Origin: Octopus vulgaris
Taxonomy: Eukaryota
Length of the DNA stretch: 64,000 bases
Direction of reading: 5' to 3'
NCBI GenBank assembly: GCA_951406725.2
Contig: OX597821.1
Span: forward strand, 51,956,001 to 52,020,000
Below, one piece after another: positions 1 through 12,660 of this stretch (within the stretch, counting starts at the first letter, position 1; each line of letters begins with the position of its first letter). Below the pieces are notes generated by a model that worked only from the letters and a program-made list of their open reading frames with translations, ran no database searches and was not told where the DNA came from. Position numbers and translations under genes: made by a program.

Positions 1-28
1 AATGATCTGAATAATAATAATAATAATG

Positions 29-71
<43 letters not shown>

Positions 72-82
72 TAATAATAATA
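1..82. repeat. (AAT)n microsatellite
   Basis: Direct reading. Confidence 0.95.
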
Positions 83-641
83 AATGCCCTGATGCAGTAC
101 CAGGCAATGGCTCTCATGGCTGCTGATCTTAACTGATTGGAAGTGTTATCATGTACATTGTTTTGTCTTGGTATAAAAGATGGGCTACAGCAAATATTCT
201 GCTCAATACCACAGATTTGCTTGTCAGTTGTTTGACATTAACCAGTTGACCATGTCCGTTAGTGGCTGACGATAAGTGCATCTCTGATCACAAGCAGAAG
301 TAGTGGGGGAGCATCATAGCTGTGTGTTAAAAGGAATTATTAGAGGTTTGGATAATTCACCTTTGGAAACATGGGTGGTTCGTTCAACATCATTAAACAA
401 TCTTTATTCAGGGACCTTTTGAGTGGGATGGGCTACTCAACCTGAAGAAAATTCTAACTGGGCCTCACCTGCAAGGTCATGCACTGTTTATTTTGATATG
501 AGATCACCATGTCACGCACATATAGTTGTGATGCATATGCCTGGTGTACCCTTATCAGACAGGTAGTCATGATGGGTATACTGGGCTTCGTATATTTTAC
601 CCCAGTGTCACTTTGATGGCATGCACCACTCTCTCACTCAA
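82..641. mobile_element. Unclassified interspersed repeat flanked by (AAT)n
   Basis: Its 3' part recurs at about 21135-21372, and its middle part recurs inside the elements at about 7230-7400 and 27090-27600. Confidence 0.7.
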
Positions 642-654
642 TAATGATAATAAT

Positions 655-810
655 AACAACATCGAAAAATATCTTAGGAATGAGAACCTAGGTTCGAAAT
701 TTCCCCAAGACACCTGATGAAGGCTGGAGGGTATATCAACCGAAACATTGTGTTAACAACAAATAAGATGAGGACAAATGTCTGTCAAATGTAAATAATG
801 TAAAAAATAA
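655..810 (+). mobile_element. Penelope-like element terminal repeat fragment
   Basis: Contains the CTGATGA-hairpin-GAAAC arrangement typical of Penelope pseudo-LTRs. Confidence 0.55.
709..754 (+). ncRNA. Minimal type I hammerhead ribozyme motif (degenerate)
   Basis: GACAC-CTGATGA-A-GGCTG..CAACC-GAAAC-ATT-GTGTT. Stem I GACAC/GTGTT, stem II with one mismatch, stem III ACAT where the palindrome ACGT is expected. Confidence 0.6.
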
Positions 811-834
811 CTTATTTACCTAAATTTTAAGATC

Positions 835-3180
835 ATCGTCATCATTGTCATCATAATCATCATCATTTAACTTCTGTCCATGCTGGCATGGGTTGGACGG
901 TTTGACCACGGCTGGCAAGCTGGAAGGCTGCACCAGACTTCAGTCTGTTTTGCCATAGATGCCCTTCCTAACGCCAACCACTCTGAAAGTGTAATGGGTA
1001 ATTTTACATGCCACCGGCATGAGTGCCATTTGTGTGACACCAGTACCATCTATGATTGTGGGTTTACTTGCCTTGCTGGGTCTTCTGAAGCATGGCATAA
1101 TGCCAAATGGATTTGGTAGTTGCCTCCATTAGACCCAATGCTTGAAGCACAGTATAATGCCAAATGGTCTCGATCCTTGCCTCCGTGAGGCCCAATGCTT
1201 GAAAGGTGCTTTTACATGTTACCAGTACAGGTGTCACTTGTATGACACCGGTATCTGCTACAACTGCAATTTTACTTGACTTGATGGGCCTTCTTCTCAT
1301 GCAGAACATAATGCCAAAGGTCTTGGTCATTAGAAAGGAGCTCAGCCATTTTTCCTCTATGATGCACCACACTTCAAAGGTGCTTTTTATGTACCACCTG
1401 CATGGCTGCTGGTTACGTGACACCAGCATCAGCCATGACTGTGATTTCATTTGGCTTGATGGGTCTTTTCAAGCACAGCATATCGTTAAAGGTTCCAGTC
1501 AATTGTCATTGCCTCTGTGAGGCCTAAAGTTCAGAGATTATGTTTCGCCACCTCATACTATGTCTTCCTGGGTCTACTTGTACCACAGTTTCCCTCCACA
1601 GCTAGGGATAAGCATTCTTTACACAGCTGTCCTCATTCATATGCATCACATAACCATACCAACACATTCATCTCTCTTGCACATCACATCTGATTCCTCT
1701 TATACCTAATATTTCTCTCAATATGCTTACACTCTGTTGAACATGCACGCTTACATTGAACATCCAGTGAAGCATACTGGCTTCATTTCTTTCAAGCTTA
1801 CACAATACCTCGGCTGTCACAGCTCATGTTTCACTGCCATGTAGCATAGCTGTTTGCACACAGGCATCATACAATCTGCCTTTCACTCTGAGAGAGAGGC
1901 CCTATGTTGCCAGCAGAGGCAGGAGCTTTCTAAACTTTACCCAGCCTAATCTTATTCTAACAGCTACACCCTTGGAGTATCCACCTAACTTGAACACCTA
2001 GGTAACAGAAGCTATCTACTACCTCTAGCAGTTGGTGGAGTCTGTTTGCTGTACATTTTCAGTGCTTACTATATTTATACATCTACACACACAAAAGCTA
2101 TTTTCTCTGTTAACCTTCCTCTGATATTGCTGCACTTCTTATGTGTTCATAACTTACTCTAGGTACATCTTACAGAGTTACTACCAACACCTTTTCTACA
2201 GATTGAGCAGGGCCAGCTACCTGAAGGTACTTGTAATTTGTATGCCTTCCTATTTACTAAGACTTTCGTTTTTGGTAGGTTAACTCTAAGGCCCTTCAAT
2301 TCTAGATCTGGCTTTCATACCTGGAACTTCTTCTCTAGTTCTGGTAGTTATTCAGCTACAAGAACAATGTCATCAGCATAGAGAATAACCCAGCGGCAGC
2401 CTGTCTTAAGTTTCTCTGCTATTGCCTAGAAGACTATGATGAACAAGACGGGGATTAGGACTGATCCTTACTGAACCCCTACCTGTACCCTAAATTCTTC
2501 ACTGTACTCATTGCCAATCCTCACTTTACTAGTAGTGTCTCTGTACTTGGCTTGTACAGCTCTCACTAACTACTCATCTACCCCTAGTTTCTACATTGAT
2601 TACCAGATAAGGTACTGGGGGACCCTGTCAAGAGCTTTCTCCGAGTCAAGAAAGGCTAAGTACAGAGGTTTATCTTTGGCTACGTATTTCTCCTGCAGCT
2701 GCCTTACTAGAAATATAGCATCAGTGGTGTTTCTCCCTGGCAAAAAGCCAAACTGCATCTCATCTAGACCAATACTCCCCCTAATTAGTTGGGCTATGAC
2801 TCTCTCTGTAACTTTCATCAACTATCTAAGGCATCATCTTTACCTTTGTAGCAGTTGACTATGGTGCTCCTTCATGAATCATCTGATTTACAATATGGGT
2901 GACCAGACTATAACCTACACTGCCAGATATTTTAAACATCTCAGTGGCGATTCCTGAAGGGTCAGGGGCTTTCCCTGCCTTCATGTCCTTAATTGCTTTA
3001 TCTACCAAGGTACTGTCAATTCAGGTAGCTGGTCTCTCAACTGGGTCAACATATGGCAAACTCTCCTCATCCCATTCGTCCTCTACATTCAGTAGTCTTT
3101 CATAATGGCATTTTCAAGCCTCTTTCTTTGCAGAATCTCTAAATGCAAGTGCACCTTCATCCATGCAGACACATTTCTTC
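835..3180 (-). mobile_element. Degenerate RTE-clade LINE (RT region, 3' UTR and (GAT)n-like tail)
   Basis: ORF 2600..2821 has MQFGFLPGRNTTDAIFLVRQLQEKY...LAFLDSEKA(L)DRVP. Homologous to the better copy at 56490-58350, with many stops. Confidence 0.9.
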
Positions 3181-4044
3181 AAAACATTGTTGTAGATCTC
3201 TTAATTGATCTGGCCCTGGGGAATGAATTGGTGATGCACAATACTGTGGATATCAGGAAAATATGATGAGCATTTCATACCTTCTTTGGTTGTGGAGATG
3301 ACAGGCTCTTCCATTGTGATGACTGCTATTTCGTCTCAGGGTCGTACTCATAGACCAAACTCTCATCACTAGTGATGATCCTTGACATGAAGGATGGGTC
3401 ATCAGCAGCACACTGATGGAAATCCTGACAGACTTCAACTTGATGTTCTTTCTGCTCAATGGTTATCATGTGGGGGACAAACTTGGCACCGACATGCCAC
3501 ATGTTCAATTCAGACATTAGAATTTCCTGCACAGACCCATACGACAGACCAACAACATCCGCAATGTCATTGATTGTCCTCTGACAAACCTCATACACAA
3601 GCTGATAAATTTTCTCCACTTTATGTGGTGGTGGTGGTGGTGGGGTGTTACACTTGTGGCAGGTCTTCCAGATTGCTTGTTGTCTTCCAGAGATGCTCCT
3701 CCACTTTTGAAGCATACAACCCATTGCCTCATCGCTGTAAGCTTGCTGAAGCATGCTCAATGTCTCTGTAGCAGAATTCCCAAGTTTAACACAAATTTTA
3801 CTTTGGCTCTTTATTCCAGCTTCCAATCCATGACAAAATCGCAGACTACAGCAAACATGTTGTCACAAAAACACAAATTTTACAAATTGCAAAGTAAACA
3901 CTGCACTGTCACTCAGCACACTGCCTCATGAAGATCACTGCACATGCAACCATGTGAAGGTCACTCTCACTGCATGCACAACCGTGTGCTGCCATGTATT
4001 GGCATGCTACAGAACTAGTCTGAGAACTTTTTGATAACACCTTG
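3181..4044 (-). mobile_element. Mariner transposon remnant (5' TIR plus N-terminal transposase)
   Basis: ORF 3326..3826 has a mariner HTH (CVKLGNSATETLSMLQQAY) and IITSDESLVYEYDPETK (first Asp of the catalytic triad). TIR-like caaggtgttatcaaaaagttctc near 4020-4044. Frameshifted. Confidence 0.88.
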
Positions 4045-4049
4045 CAGAA

Positions 4050-4270
4050 GTATCATACAATCTACCCTTCACTTAGAGAGAAAGAGAGAGAGAGAGAGAG
4101 GGAGGATACTTTTGTTGCTGAGTTCCTTGAATTTATTCCATTCTATTCTTAACTTGAGCTACTATGCTTTCTGAACACCTACCTCTTATTGTAATTAAGT
4201 TTGCTTATTGTAACTAAGTCACCTCGGTAACAGAAGCTGTTTACTACTTGGGAATCTCTCAGACATTTAT
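4050..4270 (-). mobile_element. Short decayed RTE fragment
   Basis: Similar to 1865-2030 and 56730-56900. Confidence 0.55.
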
Positions 4271-4980
4271 AGAATTTATTGTCACAATTCACTGATGAAA
4301 ACTTGTAAAGTAATGCTCAATAGGAGCACAAATTATTTTGACACACCAGGCGCATCCTGGTTTTGTGGGTAGATACTATCCTTGTGGACAGTTGATTAAA
4401 AAGGTTAATATTATGAAGGGTAGCTGGAGCCATAAAACGCTACCTCAAAAAGTTTGAGTGAATCCATAAAGCATACAAAAGCAGATGTAACAATGATTAT
4501 GATGAGGAGGAGGATGACGATGATGAACACACACATCTGAACAAATAGCTATATATATATATTTATACAACAAACAAATAAAGTCCTCACATACACGAAT
4601 ACCTAACACAGCAATACATAATGTTCCAGTCGCAGACAGCTGTCACAGAAATAAACCATTACCTATTCAACTACTGTATAATTAATTAAAGAAAATATAG
4701 ATTAAGACGAAGAATTTATCATAGAACGTTACAAGAATCCTATCAGATCTGGCTTTGATTTCAACTATAGTGAAATCTTGAAAGCACAAAGAATTAAAGA
4801 TAATAATGTCTTAGTTCCATGTAAGATTTGAGAGAAAGGGAAATGGGATTTTGTGATGAATATCACCAAAAAAATGTAATAAATAAGCTGTATAGAAATG
4901 TGTCTCTAATAACTCCTTTTCTATAATTAGATAACTGGACCATCAACAACAGAATTTTGAACACACATACACACACACAC

Positions 4981-5313
4981 ACATCATCATCATCTTCGTC
5001 GTTTTCATCATCATCGTCATTGTCATCATCTTTATCATCATTGTTATTGTTATCATCATCATTGTCATCATCATCATCATCAGTGTCATCGTCATCATCT
5101 TCATTGTCCGTATCATCATCATCTTCGTTGTCATTATCATCATCATCTGTATCATCATCATTATCATTATTGTCATTGTCATCCTTAATATTGTCGTCAT
5201 CATCGTCGTCGTTGTCATCATCATCATCATTGTATTTACCATCTTCATTATCATCATCATTGTCGTTGTTGTCATCATCATCATCATAGTATTTATCATC
5301 TTCATCATCATCA
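4981..5313. repeat. Degenerate (CAT/CGT)n microsatellite
   Basis: Direct reading. Explains the poly-M and poly-S ORFs. Confidence 0.95.
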
Positions 5314-5314
5314 T

Positions 5315-5712
5315 AGGAGTGGCTGTGTGGTAAGTAGCTTGCTTATCAACCACATAGTTCCGGGTTCAGTCCCACTGCGTGGCACCTTGGCCAAGTGTCT
5401 TCTACTATAGCCTCGGGCCGACCAAAGCCTTGCGAGTGGATTTGGTCGACGGAAACTGAAAGAAGCCCATCGTATATATGTACATATATGTATGTGTGTG
5501 TATGTATGTGTTTGTGTGTCTGTGTTTGTCCTCCCAACATCGCTTGACAACCAATGCTGGTGTGTTTATGTCCCCGTAACTTAGCAATTCGGCAAAAGAG
5601 ACCAATAAAATAAGTACTAGGCTTACAAAGAATAAGTCATGGGAGTTGATTTGCTCGACTAAAGCTGGTGCTCCAGCATGGCCACAGTCAAATGACTGAA
5701 ACAAGTAAAAGA
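5315..5712 (+). mobile_element. tRNA-derived SINE family A, near full length
   Basis: A box TGGCTGTGTGG, B box GGTTCAGTCCC, CORE-like accttggccaagtg, internal (TA/TG)n, end gactgaaacaagtaaaaga. Many copies in the window. Confidence 0.9.
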
Positions 5713-6057
5713 ATATCTGTTTTTCAATGCTGGTATGGGTTGTACACTTTGAAAGGAGCTGGCAAGTCAGAAGACAGCACCAAGCTTGACTGTCTCCTTT
5801 GGCAAGGTTTCTATGGCTGGATGTTGTTCTTAATGCCCAACCACTTTAAAGGGTGTAGAAGATGCTTTTTGCATGGCACCAGCAGCACTGAAGCCACCGG
5901 GTAACTTGCAAGAGGAAATCCCCTGAACTGAGTAGGAAGTAATATTGAGGGAGGTGGTCAAGTGCCAGGTGAGAAGAGGTTAGAATATGAATAGAGGGAC
6001 AGAAATAGGGGTCTTTCTATAGAGGAGATACAAGGCTACCTCAGCTGGAGAAAGAAT

Positions 6058-6182
6058 GGAGAGAGAGAGGGGGAGAAGACAGAGAGCAAGGAGAGAAGTG
6101 AGAGGAGAGAGGAGAGAGAGAGGAGAGAATAGACAGAGAAGAGGGGGAGAGAGAAGAGAAGGAGAGAGAGCAGAGAGATAAG
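6058..6182. repeat. GA-rich low-complexity tract
   Basis: Direct reading. Confidence 0.9.
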
Positions 6183-7184
6183 ATAGTGAAGATGTGACTG
6201 GGTGGGGATTGGTTATGGTGAGTGGGTGCTTAAGTTGGCAGGGTTGCTAAAGGAGAGTAGGAGATGGAGAGAAAGGGAATGTTATAAGTGGGCACAGATA
6301 GAAGGGGCTATTAGGATGTGGGGAAAAAAATTAGGGACATAGTGGGTAAGCAGATTGATGAGGGGAAATGAGAGATGAAGGGGATTTTTTAAATGTCACT
6401 CTCCCTCTCTATATATATATATGTATATATAATAATAATAATATAAATAATATATATATATATGCATAAATACATATATATATGTACGTACTTATATATG
6501 TATATATACATGTATATATGGATACAGGATGTCAAAAAACGAACAAAATGAAAAACGTGAACATAAAAACACAAAAACATGGAAAACGAACTTTTTTCCG
6601 AACAGGGAAAGAAACAAATAGAGAGACGAGACAAGCAACATAAAGAACAATCCCTTCATCAGTTGTCCCTTGTTTTACATACTCCACATTTCAAACATTG
6701 TGTATAAAATTCTATACTTGGAATGAACAATTTTAAATACTGTTGGATTTTTCTCATAAGGTATTGGAATCTTACATATATACCATTCTGCCTAAAAATG
6801 GATCTACAAATTCAATATCCCTACATATTTCACATCTATTTCCTTTCCTCCACTTCTATCTCTATTTTGTATCCTATCTAAATTAATTATTACTTAACCA
6901 TCCTCTCACACTGTCTCCAATGATGGAATATAATTAATAAATATCCTGAAAATGTTCTAATATCTACACAGCCTTGGTTTCTTATCTCATTATGCAAAAA
7001 ATTCTTATATACACACGCTGACATATGACCAACTTTGAACCCCTTATTCGCAAAATCACCGAACCTAGAACTTAACTATGGTCTGTCTATAGCATTCCCT
7101 GACACCTTTGGGTCTCAATGACACCATAAACTCTTATAACCACAATATATATATATATAATATATATATATATATATGTATTAT

Positions 7185-7514
7185 ATTTCAGACAGATTCA
7201 CCATTGAGTTACTGAAGCAGAAATGTTGTTATAGCAAATATTCTGCTCAATACCACAGATTTACTTGTCTCTTGCTTGACCTTGACCACTTGAGCATGTT
7301 CCTTAGCGGCTGACAATATGTACATCCCTGACCATGAGCAGGAGTAGTAGGAGAACATCATAACTATGTGTTGAGAGGGATTCTTTGGGGCTTGAATAAA
7401 TATAACAAAAGTAATGTTTGAAGGAAATATTAGCCATTTTTCATACATTCTAGGGGTAAGCAAATAGGAAATAACATTTGCTATGCAACAACAAAAATCA
7501 TGTTACACAATGTA
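7185..7514 (+). mobile_element. Right half of a CACTG-type non-autonomous DNA transposon (same family as 26878-27716)
   Basis: Colinear with 27040-27716 once the RTE insert is removed. Ends tgttacacaatg. Confidence 0.7.
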
Positions 7515-7837
7515 ATTGGCTTACTCCTCCCCCAAAGTTTCAGGCCTTGTGCAAAAATTTGAAACTAATATAGATATATGTATATGTAACTATAGAGTAA
7601 TATGAGTGAACTTTTGAAGTACAGGTACAATCCATCTAACTCTCACAACCTGTCAATCAATTCAGTTTCACTCAAAGCTTTGACTAACTTATAGCTATAG
7701 TATAGTAAAACACTTACCCAAGATGCCAAATAGTGGAATTGAACCAAGGATTTTGTGATTGCAAAGCAAACTTCTTAACCATTCAACTAAAATTCATACT
7801 AGAACTACAACAAATAAAAATCACAATGGCTTATTCC

Positions 7838-7967
7838 TCCTCCTACTACTACAACTACTACTACTACGGCTGCTGCTGCTGCTGTCGTCGTTGGCACCAC
7901 CACCACCACCACCAGTACTACTACTGTTGCCACTACTGCTGCTGCTTCTACTGCTACTACTGCTACT
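7838..7967. repeat. Compound trinucleotide microsatellite (CTA/CTG/CAC)
   Basis: Direct reading. Confidence 0.9.
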
Positions 7968-8380
7968 GAACATTTGGTTCAATCCTTCTTCCCCAGTTTC
8001 AACCTTTTAAAATACTCTTCTGGACCACGTTTTCCTCACAACTTATACAGTAAAAAAATATCATCTTGACCATTTTGTACAGGATGGCCAGCAAAGGTCA
8101 ATCAATGTCTGTATTTCTCTGACTAATTTTTTGTTTTTATCTAACTTGTACCTGAAATTCTACGAAAAGGGACCAATTATGATTAAGAACATAGCCATGA
8201 TCAAAAATGTTGCAGCCATGGCCATCTCATCTATTTTTCAGGAATAGTGTACACCAGATCGAACAGTCCAATCTGTTCTTCAGGAAAATAGTGGTATGTA
8301 GTTGTGGGAGATTTTGTTATAATTTCTAGCAAAATGAGCTGTTACAGACAGGCTCCCTTATTGATCAAAGAAAACTGTAT

Positions 8381-8595
8381 TTAACCCTTTAGCATTCAGA
8401 TTGCTCTGTCAAATGCAATGTTTCTTCATTTAATTTGTTTTGAATTAATCATACATTATATTATAGATTTGAGATTTTGAACATTTGATTGTGTAATTTT
8501 AGAATGACATTGTTGAGTAAGCCTGAGACGCTGGATCTTGTTTTTTGGAATATAAGATAAAAGGATACTTGAGCTGAGTATGGCTTGTTTTAAAG
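8381..8595 (+). mobile_element. piggyBac-like MITE fragment (TTAA-CCC terminus)
   Basis: Starts ttaaccctttagcatt. A related copy at about 41755-41940 ends tactaaaggattaa. Confidence 0.5.
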
Positions 8596-8630
8596 TGGAA
8601 GTCGTCAAAATAATCTGAACCTGACATTTA

Positions 8631-9506
8631 CAGGGTGCTGGGGTTAAATTTTACTGTTTGCATGAAAGAAAAGAAAACTAAACATCCCATCCAAAACTGA
8701 AATTATTTTTTAAAAAATCAAAAAATATCCTCTAGATTATGACTGAGAGATAACAGCTTTCTCAAAGTAACTGCCCTCAAGACTGCTCCAGAACCTGGTG
8801 CATGCATTCCTTACTGCGTCCTTAGGAAGATATTCAAATACCTCCTTGATCTTGACTAGCTGTTCAGCCTCGGTGTTGGAGGCAGAGCAGTTGGTGTCTT
8901 TCTCAATCATGCTTCACATATAGTAATCCATGAGATGACAATCAAAGGAATTAGGAAGATAGAAACTGGGGCTGGTGAAGTCCTAGAAATTCTCCAACAA
9001 CCATTTCTGACTCTTTCTGGAGGTATGACAAGGAGTGAAATTTTGCTGCCACACATATGGCCTTCCAGTAATGACTCACCTCTTCAGCTAGGGTTTGACC
9101 AGTCTCCAGCAGCTTTTCCTAGTTGTCTGAATCTTGATTAAACCCCTGATCAAATATGTGGGGATAACATAACATCAACCTCACTGGACACATACCCAAA
9201 GACCATAACATTTGGGGGAATTTGGTTTTTATGATACATGGGACATCATATGGATTGTAGAGCTTTGAGCAGCAGTCATGATTTTGGTATTTTGAAATGG
9301 AGCACAAATCAATATGATACTGGTAATTCTTTTCCAATATTCAGATGGCATCCAGTCCTCCATGTCAGCTAACTTTTCTCAGCTACAAATTTAATCTTTA
9401 TATCTTTATGCTCTCAAATGCCATTGCATGTTCACCAATCAAGCTGTTCCGGTAAAGAAAAAAAAAAAAAGGCATGAAAAATTGTCAGATTTAACCTGAA
9501 CACCAG
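8631..9506 (-). mobile_element. Tc1/mariner-superfamily (maT/Tc1-like) defective element
   Basis: TA-CAGGGTGCTGGGGTTAAAT terminus with an inverted partner near 9488-9506. Minus translation gives GRPYVWQQ..PCHTSRKSQKWL..NF..PNS.DC..MDYY..IEKDTN..AVRNAC with stops. Confidence 0.8.
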
Positions 9507-10229
9507 CATGAAGAGGTTGATGGTTATTTTCTCCATAATTTTTGTAACAACATAAGAAGAATGATGACAAAGAGAACAATGATGATGACAGAAAAGACAA
9601 TGATGATGACAACCATCACCGCCACCACCATCACCATTGTTATCATTGTCATTTTCCTCACTACCACCACCAAGAAGGAAAACAACAACGTTTTACTTCT
9701 ACTTTCTTTGTTAGCATGGATTAGATAATACCACTTAAGCCAGGTATTATTGCATGCTGACCAAATTCCACTGAGAGAATTTGGTTAATGGAAAATAAAA
9801 AGAAGTCCATCATATACATATCAACATCATCGTCGTTGTCGTCATTGTCATCGTCATCTTCGTCACTGTCATCATTATCATATTCATTAACTTCTGCTTC
9901 TTATGTTGGCATGGGTTTAACTGGCCACCACAGTGTGAGTCATTTCAGATTCTCATACATATCATTTGTATTGGTTTCTATGGCCAGTTGTCTTTCTTAT
10001 CACTAACCACTTTACAGTGTGTACTAGGTGTATTCTCTTGGCAACCCCAACACTAGAGTCATTGAATATTCTTTGGCAGGATGGGATTAAAAGGAACTCA
10101 CAATTTTACACTTTCTCTGTCCATTTGGTTTCAAATTTTGGCACAAGACCAGCAACATCAGGTGAGATAAAATAAGAATCAGTTGATCATTAGGGTTGAT
10201 GTAATTCCACTATAGACTTACCTATGAGA

Positions 10230-11580
10230 ATAAGACCAAAAGCTTGTAAGTGTCTTTAAAAGCAGTTGGTCTAAAACTCCTCTGCAGAACTATGATGAAC
10301 AGAAGAAGGATGAGAACTGAGCATTGATGGGGCCTCTCCCTTCACATTAAATTTGTTACTGAACTCATTAACTCTTACTTTATTGCTGCACTTTTTTTTA
10401 AATAGCATGTGAAATTCTCATAAGTCATTCATCTACATCTAGTTTCCTGAGTAATCTCCTGTTTATAGTGTGAAACCTTTTCTCCAGGTCAATGATTGTT
10501 AGGAGTGGTGGTTCCATTTTTACTAAATATTTATCATACAATTATCTAACTAGGAAGATTACATGTCTAGTGCCTCTGTTGGACATGAAGCCAAACTTCA
10601 TCACATCTTTAACTCTGCTCCAGATCACTTGTACTATAATTCTCTCAATGACCTTCATAACTTGCCCTAGTAATTCTCTACTTATATATACATTCAGAGA
10701 GAAGTCAAGATTGTATGATACTTGGGTTGGGCATGGTTGTGTGGTTAGGGAGCTTGCTTCCTGGCTACATAATTTCGGGTTCAGTCCCACTGCGTGGCAC
10801 TTTGGGCAGGTGTCTTCTACTATAGCCCCGAGCCGACCGAAACTTTGTGATTGAATTCGGTAGGTGGAAGTTACTGCCGTGTATGTATATGTGCGTGTAG
10901 GTGCTCAGTGCCTCTCTGAAAGAGAGAGAGGGAATATATATTTTATACAATTTCCACTTCCTAAAGCATCTCCTTTGCCTTTGAGGTAGTCAACAATGAT
11001 ACTACTATGCCAGAAATTAGGTGTGACACCTTTCTGTATTACTTGACTGCCTATCCTGTATAACTTTATTAACCTATTCATGTATCCTAGCTTTCCACAT
11101 ATTTTGAGTTTCTCTGCAACTTTCCTTGATGGATCATCAGCTTGCTCTACCTTCATGTCTTTAATCTCACTACATACCACACTGTTGTCAACTTGAATTG
11201 CTGGTTCCTCTCTAGTATCAACATGTGGTAGCTCCTTTTCATCCCATGGATTCTCCATGCATCTTTATCACCAGCAATAACAAATGGACTGTCGTACTTT
11301 CTTCCAAATGACATCTCAGTTCCCTCAACACACTGTCTTGCAATTCTGAACATCTCACACCCCTGATTCTCATGTCATAGAACATGTGGTAATCTCTTCT
11401 TTTCTGCTTTTCCCTTAGCCATATATACCTCATGCCTGGCTGCTCTTCTAATTATGCTGTTTACTATTAACTTTCATCTGGATTTTCCAATCTTGTTTCT
11501 TAGCTTTTACAGTTCTGTTTATTGTGTTATTTCTCCATCACATCACCTTCTATTTAACTTGACTCTTGCATCATCCACAC
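10230..11580 (-). mobile_element. Highly decayed RTE LINE fragments interrupted by a SINE A fragment (about 10730-10880)
   Basis: ORFs 10542..10790 (KVIERII..MKFGF..RGT..VIFLVR) and 10905..11258 (PAIQVD..KGKGDAL) match the RTE at 56490-58350. Confidence 0.8.
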
Positions 11581-11599
11581 ATCTCTTTTTAATTTTGAC

Positions 11600-11800
11600 A
11601 TGAGACCAGCAATTTTGAAATGAAAGGAAATTGATGACATTGATACCAGTGCTCAACTGGTATTTATTTTTATCAACACTGTAACGATGAAGGGTAAAGT
11701 CAACCGCAATAGAATTTTAAATCAGAACATAAAGCCAAAAGAATTGTCTTTAAGCATTACGTCTAGCATGCTAACAATTCAACCAGCTTGCAACCTTTCT
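11600..11800 (-). mobile_element. SINE family B, diverged
   Basis: gatgaagggtaaagtcaacc...gcatgctaacaattc matches 31291-31521 in reverse. Confidence 0.7.
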
Positions 11801-11969
11801 AAGAATAAATGATAAAAGAAAATGTTCTTGGTTCCAAATGTTAGTTCTGGGGAAATCTATTTGATATTTCTTCACTTGGTGATGTGTCAATGAAATACAT
11901 AGCAGTTATATAACAGTGTTGATTCAAATTACTGTATTTCTTCCATATAAATCTTAGCCTTTATCTGCT

Positions 11970-12170
11970 CTTTGTTTCAGTTATTGGACTGCAGCCATGC
12001 TGAGGCACCATGTTGAAGGATTTTAATTGAATGCGTGCTTTTTTTTTTAAGCACTGGTACTTATTCTGGTGGTCTCTTTAACTGAACCACTCGGTTACAG
12101 GGATGTAAACAAACACTGGTTGTTAAGCAGTGTGAGGAATAAGCATAACACAAACACAAAGACACACATG
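11970..12170 (-). mobile_element. SINE family A 3' half, diverged
   Basis: Similarity to other copies. Confidence 0.7.
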
Positions 12171-12405
12171 CATAAGATTAAAAATGTATAATCCTCCATT
12201 CTTTTGTAGTTTCTAATACACTTTTTGTCCTTACAACAACGTTTTCAGTGTGAACTTTGGATTTACTGGTTGGTCAAGAAGTGGATTGCAATTCTATGGA
12301 CCATGTGCAAAGACTTTCACTAGTTAATTTGAATAGCTAAGTTTCACTCCTACAGTGTGCTTAAAAAGTATTGTCCTGGATTTCTAATCCGTTTTTGCTA
12401 TATAT

Positions 12406-12586
12406 GTAGGGAGAGTTTACGGAAAAAGACGAAGACAGGTGGTGTACAAAACAAACAGCTGTATTAGTATAACGCTCAGGAATAGAAAAAGTCTTTTACG
12501 TTTCGAGCCTACGCTCTTCTACAGAAAGGGACACAGAAAACAAGGAGAGAGAAAAATGTGTGTAGTGGCTAACGATCTATCATGGC
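12406..12586 (-). mobile_element. Short Penelope-like repeat inserted in a (TA)n context; second copy at 35875-36050
   Basis: Near-identical copy at 35875-36050. Contains a hammerhead-like core. Confidence 0.65.
12493..12529 (-). ncRNA. Minimal hammerhead-like motif with a variant core
   Basis: Minus strand CTTT-CTGTAGA-A-GAGC-GTAG-GCTC-GAAAC-GTA-AAAG. Perfect stems I and II and a palindromic ACGT stem III. Core is CUGUAGA rather than CUGANGA. Confidence 0.55.
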
Positions 12587-12660
12587 ATATATATATAGAT
12601 AGAAATGGTAAGACAACAAAAGAATTAAAGAGACCTCGATATTATGTAAATAGAGGAATT

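Noticed and set aside
4943-5353. Poly-Met and poly-Ser ORFs
   Set aside because: Translation of a (CAT)n microsatellite.
6650-6960. Partial CTGATGA / GAAA motifs in probable Penelope debris (also about 13000-13110 and 14455-14475)
   Set aside because: I could not assemble all three stems with an intact core.
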